Of a DNA stretch of 64,000 nt, positions 46,704 to 60,700 are shown one piece after another. How positions within the stretch are numbered: the first letter of the stretch is position 1; each line of letters begins with the position of its first letter. Both the position numbers and the translations under genes were made by a program. The notes beneath the pieces are model-generated. The model was not told the DNA's origin, did no database searches, and worked only from the letters and a program-made list of their open reading frames with translations. The DNA comes from Lepidodermella squamata (taxonomy: Eukaryota > Animalia > Gastrotricha): NCBI GenBank assembly GCA_047495785.1, contig JBLDXI010000007.1, forward strand, positions 3,410,001 to 3,474,000. The letters run 5' to 3'.

Positions 46704-49700
46704 TCAAAATACTATCAAGCTTGCGTAAACATTCAGAGCCAAGAGAGCATCTAAGGTGAAGCAAAAGACCGCAATGTCAATCGATCGAGCGTAGCTTAGC
46801 TTCGTCAATCCTTTCGAGATTTCCGTGCCACGTTTAGTCATGAATCGGTAGCGAGCGGTAGCTGCAAACATGATGGCAGCATACATAGTAATAAGACCAG
46901 TGATACCGCAGAGGATCAATATGTACTCGGCCATGAGGACAGATTCGGAAGTCTCTGGTACTTTGTCGAGAACATCGGATTGTATGACAATCATGCTGAG
47001 AAGAAGAGTGCCAGAGAAAGCTGGACGATCCGGACAGTCAGGCTGGAAAAGCAGTGTGGCACAAACCAGGACCATCAAAATTGCGCATGGTGCCATGTTG
47101 TTTGTAAGGTATGGCGTTGGTTCACGGGAGAATATTACGGTAAATTTAGCATACCCAGCAGTGCTATTTTTTCGAAGCAGAGAAGAGGTTATGCCAAAGG
47201 AAGTGAAAGCTTTATCTAGCTTCCAAAGTTCGCTCTCAAAAGATCCGTCAAACGCTAGTCGCGACCCATCAAAGTACAGAAATTTGTCAGCTTCGTCTAG
47301 TATAAACGTAAAATCGCATTGTTGCGTATCGAAGGGGAATTTTCTCAACCGTAAGGCACATTTCGCAGTCATTACGCCAAATCTCAACCAGTGGAAAAAC
47401 AAAGTACGATTTGGCGTTGTAGGATAATAAGCTATCTGGACTTGTTCCTTCCAAGCTACGCTCTCAAGATACAAGTCGGACGAAGTATTGACGAATCGCA
47501 TGCTCGGAACCCAGACGTCGTTTCGATTTACAGCATATACCCTATCCGCTTCATTCACATTCGGGGCCGTCACTTCTTGCGGGCAGCTGAAAACCGGCCA
47601 TTGGACGGTCAGTTGGGCTCCAGCTAACATTTCTCGAGATTTCGCATTAATATCGACCAAGGATTTGAATTCGAGGGTTATATACAACTTGGTGTTGTAT
47701 GCTGGAGATCTAAACCGTAGCAAGACATTGAGCATGTTATAGTCCATTCAAGTATGTGCTAACCTGACTTTTGCCAGTATAGACTGGCAGGTTATCAAGT
47801 CGTCCATTTGGACCAAAGGTATAATGTTACCATCGATGAGGTTTGGAATCGCAAAATCCGATGTGTTCGTCTGGAAATTGTATGTTCTCGCTATTGGTGT
47901 TGTTGGAGCCCCAGTGGTGGACGGCGAGGCTTGTAACGCCCAAACCCGCATGTTTTCCACCAGAGCATCGGCGTTCGAACCGTTAAGGCAGAACAAATTG
48001 ACCTTTGCAGTTCCCAAAGCTAAGTGATTCGCGCTGAATCCGGAAATGGGCACATCCGATAGTAAAACCACAGGGCTTGAATCTCCAGAGCTAGAAAAGG
48101 GGACGATCGCAACTGTAACCTTGTCATCAACACTTTGAATGATAAGGCGGAATGAAGCAGTTCCGGAAATATCATTAAATAGGTTTGCGACAGGATTCGA
48201 TTCAAACTGGTGAGAGAGGGGCACAGGCTCGCCCAAATTCGCATAGTCATAAACCAGATACAATTTACAGTCTTGCCCGAGTTTCAGAGAAATATGCAGC
48301 CCCTGCAAGTCGCTGAAAGATCCCATATTCCCGCTCGAGTCATTGGCTATTTTCACAAATAGAGATAACGGTAACAGCGACATGTTTACCGAAACTTACA
48401 AACTGTCGCCGGTGAGTTGAAAATTCCGAAAACAAAAAAGTTGGATGAGTTCGGGCCATAGTTCGAAACGATGTCCGTCTCGACTCGGAAGCCGATCGAG
48501 CTCAAGCTTGCTGGAAGGGAGTTTCCAACCTTTGCCGCGCCGAAATCGATTGTTGGGTAAGAGTTTAGCCTCACTCCACTTCCATCGATTTTTGTGCCAC
48601 CTCCTGTTATGAGATTCGCGGCACTCATTGAAGCTGCGTCAGTTGCGTCAAACGAATTCTGTGGCAGAAAAGTAGGAGAATTCGACCACATGTAGGGCAA
48701 ACTGAGGGAATCATAATCTGGCTGTGGACTGGGTTGAGAAGTTGTTGATACGGTAGTTGTTCGAGAAGTCGTCGTCGCGGTTGAAGTAGGGATAGTGACT
48801 GTGGAAGTTGATGCTTTCTGTGTTGATGGCGACGTAGAAGCGTAACTTGCAGTGCTGGTTGAAGGAGTTGAAGTAACAGTCGAGGAAGTTGATGTCGTAG
48901 GAGTTGTGGTTGTAGTTGTTGGGTTGGATGTGGATTCCGTAGAAGTTGTTGGATTGACAGTTGTCGATGTTGTGCTTGAACTGCGTGTAGTGGAGCTACT
49001 CGTTGATGGTTCAGTTGAAGTAGTCGAGGTTAATGTTGTTGTCGAGGTCGTTTCAGGAGTAGTACTTTCAGTCTTTGTAGAAGTTGTAGTCGACTCTGTA
49101 GTTGTCGTTGATGGGGACGTTGTAGTCGTAGAAGTAGTTGAGGTCGATGCCGTTGACACACTTGTAGTCAGTTTCCAAAAATTGAACGTTTTTATCGTAT
49201 AATTACCTGTGTAACAAAACATTAGTGACCCATAAGGATAGTATTGCCCTAAGGCCTGCCCTCCCCCAAATCGATTCTCTATCCTTGATTAAAAGCTAAC
49301 CTGTGAATTTTCATTCCCCAAATCGATCGGATTAGCAGAGCTAAGTCGTGTTTGTTTCTACAATTAATTCTCAATCTCACCGTATTCGCCGCAAAAACCC
49401 ATTAGTCGCACTTTGCCACTTCCTCCACCCACGGCTGCACTTGCGCCCGGAACATCCACGTCGTTGAAGCACAAGTCAGTCTGCGTGGTTCCATTCGCTG
49501 GCAGTGGCGCCATGGCGACTGTGACTTTGTCGTTGTAGAGCTGAATGAACAGTCGGTAGCTTCCAGAAACACTGGACGGCGTGAACAAAGTTGAACTGCC
49601 GCATCCTGGAGCTGAAGTGACGGTCGGTGTCAGTGGTGGGTTGCCAGTTTCCCCATTGATACCGACACCAGCGTACGTGTAACCATTAGGACCCAATTCT

Positions 49701-50486
49701 TGCCAGACGTGGAGCCCAGTAACACCATCTGCATCAATCTCACCAGGGCAATAGTATGCTATCAAGAAAAACAGTTAGAGGCAGGGTGGATCCCGGAGCT
49801 CCCAGGGGTGGACAATTTGTTTGCTGTTTTTGTCAAAATGAGTCATTTCAACTAAGAAGCGGTGAAATTGTGAACATTTTCCATTAAAACACGCTCCAAA
49901 ATCTCTTAAAATTAAAAAAATAGTGGGATAAATTCTCAATTTGTTGTCTGGCCCTCCAGCCAAGCCAGGAATCTTCCCACTTCCCCAAAGTCGCACACTG
50001 GTTGGAGGAAATGGAACAGGAAATCTCAGACCTTCGACCATCGATCTTTCAAAACTTGATGCAACTCACTTGGCGTAGGAGACACTGAAGAAAAGGTGAG
50101 GCCGTTCCAAGCAAAGCCTCCACTAGGTTCGTATTTGACGTCATAGTCCACTTCGACTCGAAAATTGTACACGCCGGATGCAATATAGTTCGAAAAACTG
50201 ACTCGGCCTCCACTGCCGCTCGCATCCATCATCATGAGACCGGCAGATGTCTTGCTTGCATACGTTGAAGAGCTGAAGAAACTTGAAGCGCTTACAGTAG
50301 AGCCGACGAATGAGCTTGACGATTGGTAAACTGGAGCTCCTGCATACAGGTAAGGCAGGGGAAGTGATGCTTCATCCGGAGATTGGCTCATACCTTCAAA
50401 TGCAAAACATTCAACTTGAATTATAAAACTTGAAATGTTTTATTACACTCATAGGCCATGAGCAGTGCAAGAAAACACGCTTTCAT
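46704..50486 (-). CDS. G6: lectin-like x2 - mucin - Cys-loop channel fusion (apparently intact)
   Basis: MKACFLALLMAYE/CMSQSPDEASLPLPY; six exons join in frame; CALRLRKFPFDTQQC; 4 TM. Confidence 0.85.
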
Positions 50487-52007
50487 CCTTGCAATAGTTA
50501 TCTGATTTTGGATTAAAAATTTCACGTTTGATTTCTATTGCGCGTTGCCGTGCTTTTGATTTCAGAGTCATCATTTATTCATCATGAAAAATGTAAACAT
50601 CACTTTCAAACTCTACTAAATAATCGTTTATCAAGCGCGGGATTCGTACCAGGTGCGGGTTCAAATAGTTTTCAAGATTCATATTGATCATGTTAGGTCA
50701 AAAACTTTCGACCTACATGAAAACATTGCAGATGATGAAAATAGGGTAGTAAAAAATATCTTCAGGTTCGAAATTTGTCTACAAATTAACAAATTGCGCG
50801 CGCGAACGTTTTGGCGTCCTACGCGCTATCCTCTGGCGTGAACTCGCTCACAGCGTTTGATTTATGTGCCTTGCATTTTTGCCTTTCAAAAAAGGCTTGA
50901 ATATAATACCGTATTTTCTAAAATCGCATTGCAAAATTGAAACCTCGAAAACCACCACAAAGTAGGTTCCTATTCAAGACTAGGCTTATGTTGAAAGTAA
51001 CACTCCAAATTTAATTATTACTGAAACTGATACTACCACTGTTTTATTCCCATTTCGTTTGTCAACGTTCGGAAATTTTTATTATTGGGGCGCCTCACTG
51101 CAGAAGTGATATATTTTCGCAGACCATCAGTATAATGTTTCACGTAATTAATTAATTAATGCGTAATGAATATTGATGATATTTCATTTTTTGAGATTTT
51201 CCATTACACTTGCATTGACACTAGACAGAAACACGCTATTTTTGGAGGGTAGTGGTAGATTATCAAAATCAGCACAATGAGCACTGAGCACACCGGCCTA
51301 GAGGTTAGACGACTAGCGTAAGACTGTCTAGGAGGAAGTGAGACAAGCTTGGAGTTGCTATTAGGTGAAAACCAGCGACTTTGATTTGCTTTGACTCACG
51401 AATCTTTCAAACCTATAACCTATCAATTCAATTCAAACCTTCAAAATTTGCTGCTCTTAAACAGTGTGAAATCAATCAAATCAGACCAATCTAAATTAAG
51501 TCAAATCAAATAATCATTTTAAGAATGTTGAGTACCAAAGCTTCGATTTTGGGCTAGCATGTTTTGAGGTTGATTTTTGACAGGATATGTCACCAAGCTC
51601 AAGAACTAGCGATAGCTACAGAGCAGAGGTATTCTGTATTCCGTGCCATCCATTACTACTTAATTATCGATCAAGAAGTCATTCAAGGCATTTGACACTT
51701 TCAGCTATTACGCGATTCACGCCAAGGCACTCACATAATATAGATTTACACATCAAAGGCTATGCGGAAAACGATACGAAGGAAACTATAAACGCTGTTT
51801 AACAGAGGTCAAGGAAAAGATTATTCAGTCACTGGATAAAGTATTTGGGGATGTACAATAAAAAAAATAGAATTAAAATTTTAATTTTAATAGATCACAA
51901 AATCTTATATAACGGTAAGGCAAAACGATAAATTTTAATATCAACGATTTCCTAAGTTGTTTGGGATTCCCGCTTGTGTTTCGAGATCGAGAATAAATAT
52001 CCCCGCT

Positions 52008-55000
52008 TCAAAAAACTATCATGCTCGTGTAGACATTCAGTATGAGAAAAACGTCCAGGCTAACGCATAGAACAGCGACATCGATCGCTCTAGCGTAGCT
52101 TAACGTCGACAGGCCAATCGGAACGCTAGCTGTTCCATTAATCATGAACGGATAGCGGGCAGTTACCGCGAACATGACAGCAGCATACAGTGTAAGATAG
52201 CCAGTAAGGCCACAGAGGATCAAAATGTACTCAGCCATGAGAACGGACTCGGAGGTCTCCGGAACTTTATCGAGAACATCAGACTGTATTACAATAATGC
52301 TCAGCAGTAATGTCCCAGAAAAAGCAGGACGATCGGGGCAGTCAGGCTGGAAAAGTAAAGCTGCGAAAACCAGGATCATCAAGATCGCACAAGGTGCCAT
52401 GTTGTTGATAAGGTAAGGCGTTGGCTCGCGTGAGAATATAACTGTGAACTTAGCATACCCAGACGTGCCATTTTTCCTTAGCAGTGAAGACGTTATTCCG
52501 TGGGAGCTGAAAGCTTTATCTAGTTTCCAAAGTTGGCTGTCGAAGGATCCGTCGAACACCAAACGAGCTCCATCAAAAATCAGAAATTTGTCGGCTTCGT
52601 CCAACAAAAACGTGAAATCACATTGCTGTGAGTCGAAGGGGAATTTTCTAAGCTTCAAGGTACATTTCGCAGTCATGACGCCGAATCTCAGCCAGTGAAA
52701 AAACAACGTCCGATTCGGAGTCGTTGGGTAGTATGCTATATGAACTTGCTCCTTCCAAGCAACGCTCTCTAAATACAAATCCGATGACGTATTGACAAAT
52801 CGCATGCTAGGGACCCAGACGTCGTTCCGGTTGACGGAATAAACTCGGTCTGCTTCATTCACGTGTGGGGCCGTCACTTCTTGCGGGCAGCTGGAAACTG
52901 GCCATTGAACAGTCAGTTGGGTTCCAGCTAAAATTTCCCGAGCTTTCGCGTTAATATCCACCAACGATTTGAATTCGAGTGTTATGTACAACTTAGTGCC
53001 ATATGCTGGGGCTCTAGTTAACGACAAGGTATAAATAATTGCAGCACTGCCCAAAAATAATGTCAATCTCAAATGCGTAACAGCAGGGCAGGGTATTTCA
53101 ATTGAACAAGGAATTCCTTGAACAAACAACAAACCCTGTTTGCTTTGTCGAGTGGTCGAAGCAATATATGATTGATGTTATGGTGGTCATGGTATTTCGG
53201 GGCAGTCCGGTAAATATATTACGCATTTTTATGGGCAATTTGTAATTTTCTCACCTAACTTTTGGTAGTAAATTCTGGCAAGTTGTCAAGTCTTCGACAT
53301 GAACCAATGGTATGATATTTCCATCAATGAGGTTCGGAATCGCAAATTCAGATGTATTCGTATTGAAATCGTAAGATCTCGCTAATGGTGTTGTTGGCGC
53401 ACCTGTTGTTGAGGGCGAGGTTTGCAGAGACCAAACTCGCATGTTCTCAACCAAAACATCAGCACTCGAGCCGTTAATGCCATACATTGTTATCTTGGAA
53501 TTTCCCGAAGCTAATTGATTTGCGCTGAATCCAGAAATGGGTACATCAGATAACAAAACAACTGGGCTTGAGGTTCCAGAGTTGGAGATTGGGGCAATTG
53601 CAACGGCCATCTTATCCGCGATACTTTGGAATGTAACGCGAAACGTAGCAGTTCCCGAATTATCGTTGAATAGGTTGGTGATAGGGTTCGATACAGCTAC
53701 ATATGAGAGAGGTACAGGCTGCGTATCCCCTGAACTCACTACATCATAAGCCAGATACATTTTTACTGCCTTGCCCAAGTTTTAGGGAAAGATGCAGCCC
53801 ATCAAAGTTGCTGAAAGTTCCCATGTGCCCACTTGAGTCATTGGCTTGAGAAAGGTGAAACAATAAACATTAAACTATTTTAGCTTTTTAGCCAACTTAC
53901 AAACAGTTGCCGGTGAGTTTGAAATTCCGAACACGAAATAGCCGGATGAGTTCGGGCCGTAGTTCGAAACAATGTCAATCTGGATTCGAAATCCGCTTGA
54001 GCTTAAGCTTGTTGGAAGTGACATTCCCACACTTGCCGACCCGTAATCGCTTGTTGGGTAAGTGTCCAGCCGCACTCCATTCGCATCGATTTTCGCGTCA
54101 CCACTGGGTAAGAGATTTGCGGCACTCATGCTTGCTGGATCAGTTACATCAAACGAATTCTGTGGCAGAAAGCTAGGTGAATTTGACGACATGTATGGCA
54201 GACTCAGGGAATCATAATCTGGCGGTGGACTAGGCTTCGAAGTCGTCGTAGTTGAAGAAGTTGTCGCGGTGGTGGGAATAGATGCGGATTCTTTAGTACT
54301 TGTTGGAGTGATACTCGTTGATGATGTCGACGCTGCGGTAGGGGTAGTAGTGATTCCAGTTGTGATGGATGTCGGCGACGTGTTTGCCAGCGTTGATGTC
54401 GTTGTAGATGTTATGGTGGAAGTGGCAGTTGTGGTTGAAGCCGTTGCTGGGCTTGCGTTCAATTTCCAGAATTTGAAGTTTCTCACGGTGAAGTAACCTA
54501 ATGGAGGATAAACATTTTGAATACGGGCAAAAAGAGTTAATAAAGATTGCCCAAGTTTATGTCGTAGCCCATGAGGTAATATCAACAAATTACAGATTAG
54601 GCAGGTTTTCAATGCGATCTTGGCATGTTCAATGGACGAATATCACACCTTGCAAGTGCAATCGTCCTGTTTTAAATCCGATTAAAGCGGTTTAGAATCA
54701 GCCATGGTGGAATCGCGTACATGTTCATTTTTGTAAGGCGTGTGTGACATGTTTTGGTAGGCGAAATATCACTTGACGCTTGATGAATTGGTGTTGACGC
54801 GATTCCACCTTGTCTAAGCCATGGCCAGAAGCTTGGCATCTGACATTTCACGATTTTTTTACCGCCCAAGCATTTAAAACCTGCTGATCTGAGATTGGCT
54901 GAAATAGTCTAGTAGACTACGACATTTACCCTTCAAAGTCGCATTAAACTGCCAATTCGCTAAATGCAGAACAGCCCCGCAAAAACGAACGTCGTGTTTG

Positions 55001-56342
55001 GAATCACGTCATAGAAGGTGGTACATACAGCCGGGCCAGGTCTGGAATGACATTCCCGGAAGAAAAAGTTTCGATGACGTTATTCATAATTCATAATAAT
55101 TTTTTTAATTGAAGACGTTTTGTCTAACTAATTGAATGAGGTTTGGAAGATTTGAGACAGGTAGGCGAGCGCTTGACCGGACTCTTCCTTGCTTTTCAGA
55201 GACATTTCATTAGTATGGTGATTCAATTCATGGCAATGTATGATAAAACTGCACTTGAAACTGCTGCAACGAGGAACCTGGCAATATTCTAATTTTCATC
55301 TTGATGATTTAAAAATGGCCCCTGAATCGAGGGATATCAGATATACTGTCTTATTCGAAACTGTGCAGCTGCGCTGGGTGATGAATGGGAAATTAATACA
55401 TGAGGTACGAGCGTCAGTGAATGCCCACAGGAAACTACCCAATTCACTCTTATAATATTTCTGATTATAGATGTGTTGTTTGCTATCGTTAAACGAACCG
55501 CTATCCCCACATAGACCTATCCATCGAATCTTCCCTCCAATGCCACCACCGACATTAACACCAGCACCTGGAGCCGCAACATCGTTGAAGCAGATTGAGG
55601 TTGCCGTCGTCCCGTTGGCTGGCAGCTCCGCGATGGCTACAGTTAGTTGATCGCCGTAGACCTGAATAATCATTCGGTAACTGTGAGATCCACTAGCCGC
55701 ACTGAATAATGTCGAGCTCCCGCAGGCAGGCTGAGAGATCGCGATCGGCGTCAGTGGCATTGTTCCATTGTAAGAAAGAGATGCGGAAACCTTGCCGTTT
55801 TGACCAAGTTCTTGCCAAACGGAAAGGCCCGTTACCCCTCCAGTGTTGATGCTTATTGTGCAAGCTCCTGATTCAGAATTTTCGTATTATCAAATTTAGC
55901 TCCAACTGAACATTATGACCTACCACTAGAATGGCCGTAACTTGAGGATGAAAACGTTATTCCATAGTATCCGCCGCGACCTAAGTAGACAGCATTGATG
56001 TCGATCTCGGCTCGAAAATTGTTGTCACCGGTTGTAAAGTCTGTAGCTGAATGCAAGCGCCCAATAGTATCGGACAAATTATCATTTATTTGTATTCCGG
56101 CTGCAGTTTGCCTGACGACCGTGAATGTACTGAAGGCGCTTGAAGGCACAGTGGCTCCATCGAAAGAAATCGATGTCCGATAGACTGGTGTGCCTGCGTA
56201 CAGATAGGGCAGTTGTAACGAAGCGGTGTCAGGGCTTTGCGCTAGAGCTTCTAAGGAAGATCATATTTTACCTTGTCCTCACGTATGTTTATTACAAAAT
56301 ACCTTCAACAAGCAGGAACAGAATCGCTATAAACGTCTTCAT
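52008..56342 (-). pseudogene. G7: lectin-like x2 - mucin - Cys-loop channel fusion with +1 frameshift in exon 5
   Basis: MKTFIAILFLLVE signal exon; extra A in GSK-M (T5 run 53760-53764) relative to G4/G6; channel exon intact. Could be rescued by an alternative splice acceptor. Confidence 0.7.
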
Positions 56343-57728
56343 CTGTGATGTGAATCGCTTGAAGGAAATTGCAGAAATGAAAACTTCTCACAAGCTTCCA
56401 GGCCTGCCTCCGAGCTAACCTCATGAATTATTCATTTTTTGAAAGCAGCAATCAGAACCAGTCAAAAAAGCGATTAGGCATTATCTGTTAAATATCGATA
56501 ATGAGGTAGTCTCGGCGAAAATGCTATCATCATGTATTTTTTATATTTAAATAGCTCAATTGCTACACTCACTCATTTACCTTAATGATCCAGGTGAACA
56601 TTTCGCACAGGAAAGAGCATGTCACGCGCCCGTGTCTATCCGCCATCCTTCGCACCACACTATGCTGCGCACTAGTTTACTGAGTTCGTTTGAGAAATAA
56701 CGCTACATATTGAGACGCCACTCTTGGATAAAGCTTGTAACACACGAACAAAATCGATATATGAGGATGAAAATGGTCTATCATACATGAAAAAAAGATG
56801 TTTAGCCACTCATCAAAATCACGCACACCATTATGTCGGATGCACGTACTCTGGGACGAATCGACCCTAGACTACGCATCATTTCCTGAAAATTGAAAAT
56901 GAAACCATTTAAGAAAAACTAAGCCCATTGCAGTAGAAAAATGAATAAAGTTAAATTTAAAAAAAAAATTAAAAAAAAACTACTAAAAGTCTTTTGAGCG
57001 TGTTTTGCACGAAAATCTTCAAAATGTCCTCGACTCGCTCGTTTTTTCGTTGAAATACAGCAAACATTTGTCTCCCATCCCTGGCAGCTCCGGGTCCCAA
57101 GATCGCACCCTGGCCGAAATTTATGTTATAGCGGACCTAAATTCATGTCGAAATTCTATATTTCCCTTATGACTTCGCCTATGGGCGGATAGGGCGATTC
57201 TGAACTATACGAAGCATGACCAGCGTCCAGCGTCGTCGAAATTATTAATTGAAAATTTGAAAAATGCATACACAATCCATGAGATTATGTCGAACAAGCT
57301 CACAAGCTTCTGTCGTCCAAACGAAATAGTCAGGGCTCCATAGATGAGTCGATGTAACAGCAAAACACTGGCCCGGTTGGTTGGCGCTGTCCGACACGAA
57401 TTCAGAGATTACGGAAGCGCGAAGGCCGGGCCTTAAGCGGCCACCAAAAATCTAATGATAGAGACAGACTTAAAAACAAATTGATTGGATGCTCAACGGG
57501 CCCAAAGTTACAATAGCGGCTAAAAACTAAAAACTAACAAGGGAGGCTAACGAACGAGTTTTACTCATCGCTTGTTGCCCACCTGTAAGATTAAAATCAG
57601 TTGAAGATCAAGAGCTACAAAACGACGGAATATATATGTAACGAGTACTAGAGTCGTCACAACAATCAGTAGTCTCTCAAGTTTTAAAGTTTTGGATATC
57701 ACGAATAAGTCGTGGGCTTGAAAAAGCG

Positions 57729-60700
57729 TCAATAAATGATCATGCTCATGTAGACATTCAGTATCAGGAAAGCATCCAAGCTTAAGCAGAAGACTGCGAC
57801 ATCAATCGCTCGAGCGTAGCTCAGTGCCGACAAGCCCATCGGAATGCGGGAATTTCCACAAATCATAAATTGATATCGAGCAGTTGCTGCGAACATTATG
57901 GCTGCATACATGGTCAGAAGCCCTGCAAGGCCACAGAGGATCAAAATGTACTCAGCCATGAGAACTGACTCGGAAGTCTCCGGTACTTTATCAAGAACAT
58001 CAGATTGTATGACAATTAGGCTGAGGAGTAGTGTCCCAGAAAAAGCTGGACGATCGGGGCAGTCAGGCTGGAAAAGTAAAGCTGCGAAAACCAGGATCAT
58101 CAAGATCGCACAAGGTGCCATGTTGTTGATAAGGTAAGGCGTTGGCTCGCGTGAGAATATAACTGTGAACTTAGCATACCCAGACGTGCCATTTTTCCTT
58201 AGCAGTGAAGACGTTATTCCGTGGGAGCTGAAAGCTTTATCTAGTTTCCAAAGTTGGCTGTCGAAGGATCCGTCGAACACCAAACGAGCTCCATCAAAAA
58301 TCAGAAATTTGTCGGCTTCGTCCAACAAAAACGTGAAATCACATTGCTGTGAGTCGAAGGGGAATTTTCTAAGCTTCAAGGTACATTTCGCAGTCATGAC
58401 GCCGAATCTCAGCCAGTGAAAAAACAACGTCCGATTCGGAGTCGTTGGGTAGTATGCTATATGAACTTGCTCCTTCCAAGCAACGCTCTCTAAATACAAA
58501 TCCGATGACGTATTGACAAATCGCATGCTAGGGACCCAGACGTCGTTCCGGTTGACGGAATAAACTCGGTCTGCTTCATTCACGTGTGGGGCCGTCACTT
58601 CTTGCGGGCAGCTGGAAACTGGCCATTGAACAGTCAGTTGGGTTCCAGCTAAAATTTCCCGAGCTTTCGCGTTAATATCCACCAACGATTTCAATTCCAG
58701 CGTTATGTAAAGCTTTGTGCCGAACGATGGGGATCTAATTAGCTATACGTCAATATAAAATTATTTTTAGTTTTCGTGTGTCTGACCTGACTTTTGGTAG
58801 CAAATATTGGCAGGTTATCAAGTCGTCAATCCGAACCAATGGTATAACGTTACCGTCAATTAGGTTGGGAACTGCAAATTCAGATGTGTTTGTTTTGAAA
58901 TCATAAGTTCTTGATTGTTGAGTAGTTGGCGCTCCTGTTGTGGACAGCGAGGCTTGCAGAGACCAAACTCGCATATTTTCTACCAAAACATCAGCACTCG
59001 AACCGTTAATGCCGTACATGGTTATCTTGGCATTTCCCGAAGCTAATTGATTTGCGCTGAATTCAGGAATGGGTACATCAGATAACAAAACAACTGGGCT
59101 TGAGGTTCCAGAGTTGGAGATGGGGACAATCGCCACGGTAATCTTGTCACCAACGCTTTGGATGATAAGACGGAAAGTAGCAGACCCGGAGTTATCATTA
59201 AATATGTTTGTGACAGGATTCGATTCAACCTGATAAGAGAGAGGAGTAATCTGCGTATCCCCCGAACCCGCTACATCATAAGCCAGATACATTTTTACTG
59301 CCTTGCCCAAGTTTTAGGGAAAGATGCAGCCCATCAAAGTTGCTGAAAGCTCCCATGTGCCCACTTGAGTCATTGGCTTGAGAAAGGTAAAACATGAAAA
59401 ATGAAACTATTTCAGCTTTTAGTCAACTTACAAACAGTTGCCGGTGAGTTGGAAATTCCGATAACCAAAAAGCCGGATGAGTTTGCGTCATAGTTTGAAA
59501 CGATGTCTGTCTCGATTCGGAAGCCGTTCGAGCTTAAACTGGTTGGCAAAGAGTTTCCGACACTTGCCGCGCCGTAATCGATTGATGGGTAATTATCTAG
59601 CCGCATTCCATTGCCATCGATTGTCGCGCCGCCTCCTGATATTAGATTCGCGACACTCATTGTAGCTGAATCAGCTGCGTCAAACGAATTCTGAGGCAGA
59701 AAATATGGCGAATTCGACCACATGTATGGCAAACTAAGGGAATCATAATCTGGCTGTGGACTAGGTTTCGCAGTTGAAGTTGACGTCGTCGCTATTGTTC
59801 GCGAAGAAGTAGTCGCCTGAGTCGTGGTTAAAGTTGATGTAGGGAGTGTGGAACTTGATGCTTTCAGCGTTGACGGTGACGAAGCTGTGGATGTAGTTGC
59901 TGTCGTAGATAGCGTAGTTGTCGAACTTGAAGTCGTTGTAGGAGTAGTTGTGGTAGTTGTAGCAGTAGATGTGGATGCCGTTGTACTTGTTGGAGTGTTA
60001 CTTGTAGTCGATGTTGTGGATGTTGTAATAGATGTTGGAGGACTTGTTGACGCTACGCTTGGGGTAGTAGTGATTGTAGTTGTAGTGGATGTTGACGGCG
60101 TGCTTGTGCTTGTGGATGTTGTAGGAGATGATGCCGTTGTAGATGTTGTGGTAGGAGTTGTAGTTTTAGTAGTTGTTGAGGTTGAAGCCGTTGTTGGGCT
60201 CGCATTCAATTTCCAGAATTTAAAGTTTTTCAAAGTGAAGTAACCTGATGTCGAATATAGAAGATTACAATCCGAGATATAAATTCGTCGTCGGCCGATG
60301 AGGGATTTCAGCCAATGACAGAGTGGGCAGGTTTTAAATGTTTGATTTTCAAATTTCAATATTCCATAATCAACATACCAACTAACTTTTTCGTTTTTAT
60401 ACATGAGACATGCCTTGTGAAAAGAGTTGTACATATATGTTGGATAACAGAAGCTACAATGGCCTTTTATATGCGGCGTGTCTCATATGTTGTTTGCTAT
60501 CCTAAAACGCACCGTTAGCCCCACAGACGCCTATCCATCGAATCTTCCCACCAATGCCACCACCAACATTATAACCGGCACCTGTTGCTACAACATCGTT
60601 GAAGCAGGTTGTTGTCGTCCCGTTGGCTGGCAGCTCCGCGATGGCTACAGTTACTTGATCGCCGTAGAGCTGAATAATCATTCGGTAACTGTGAGATGCA

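Noticed and set aside
46870-47427. Plus-strand ORFs repeated opposite the channel exons (also 40537, 52225, 52444, 57898, 58165)
   Set aside because: Similarity is explained by conservation of the minus-strand genes
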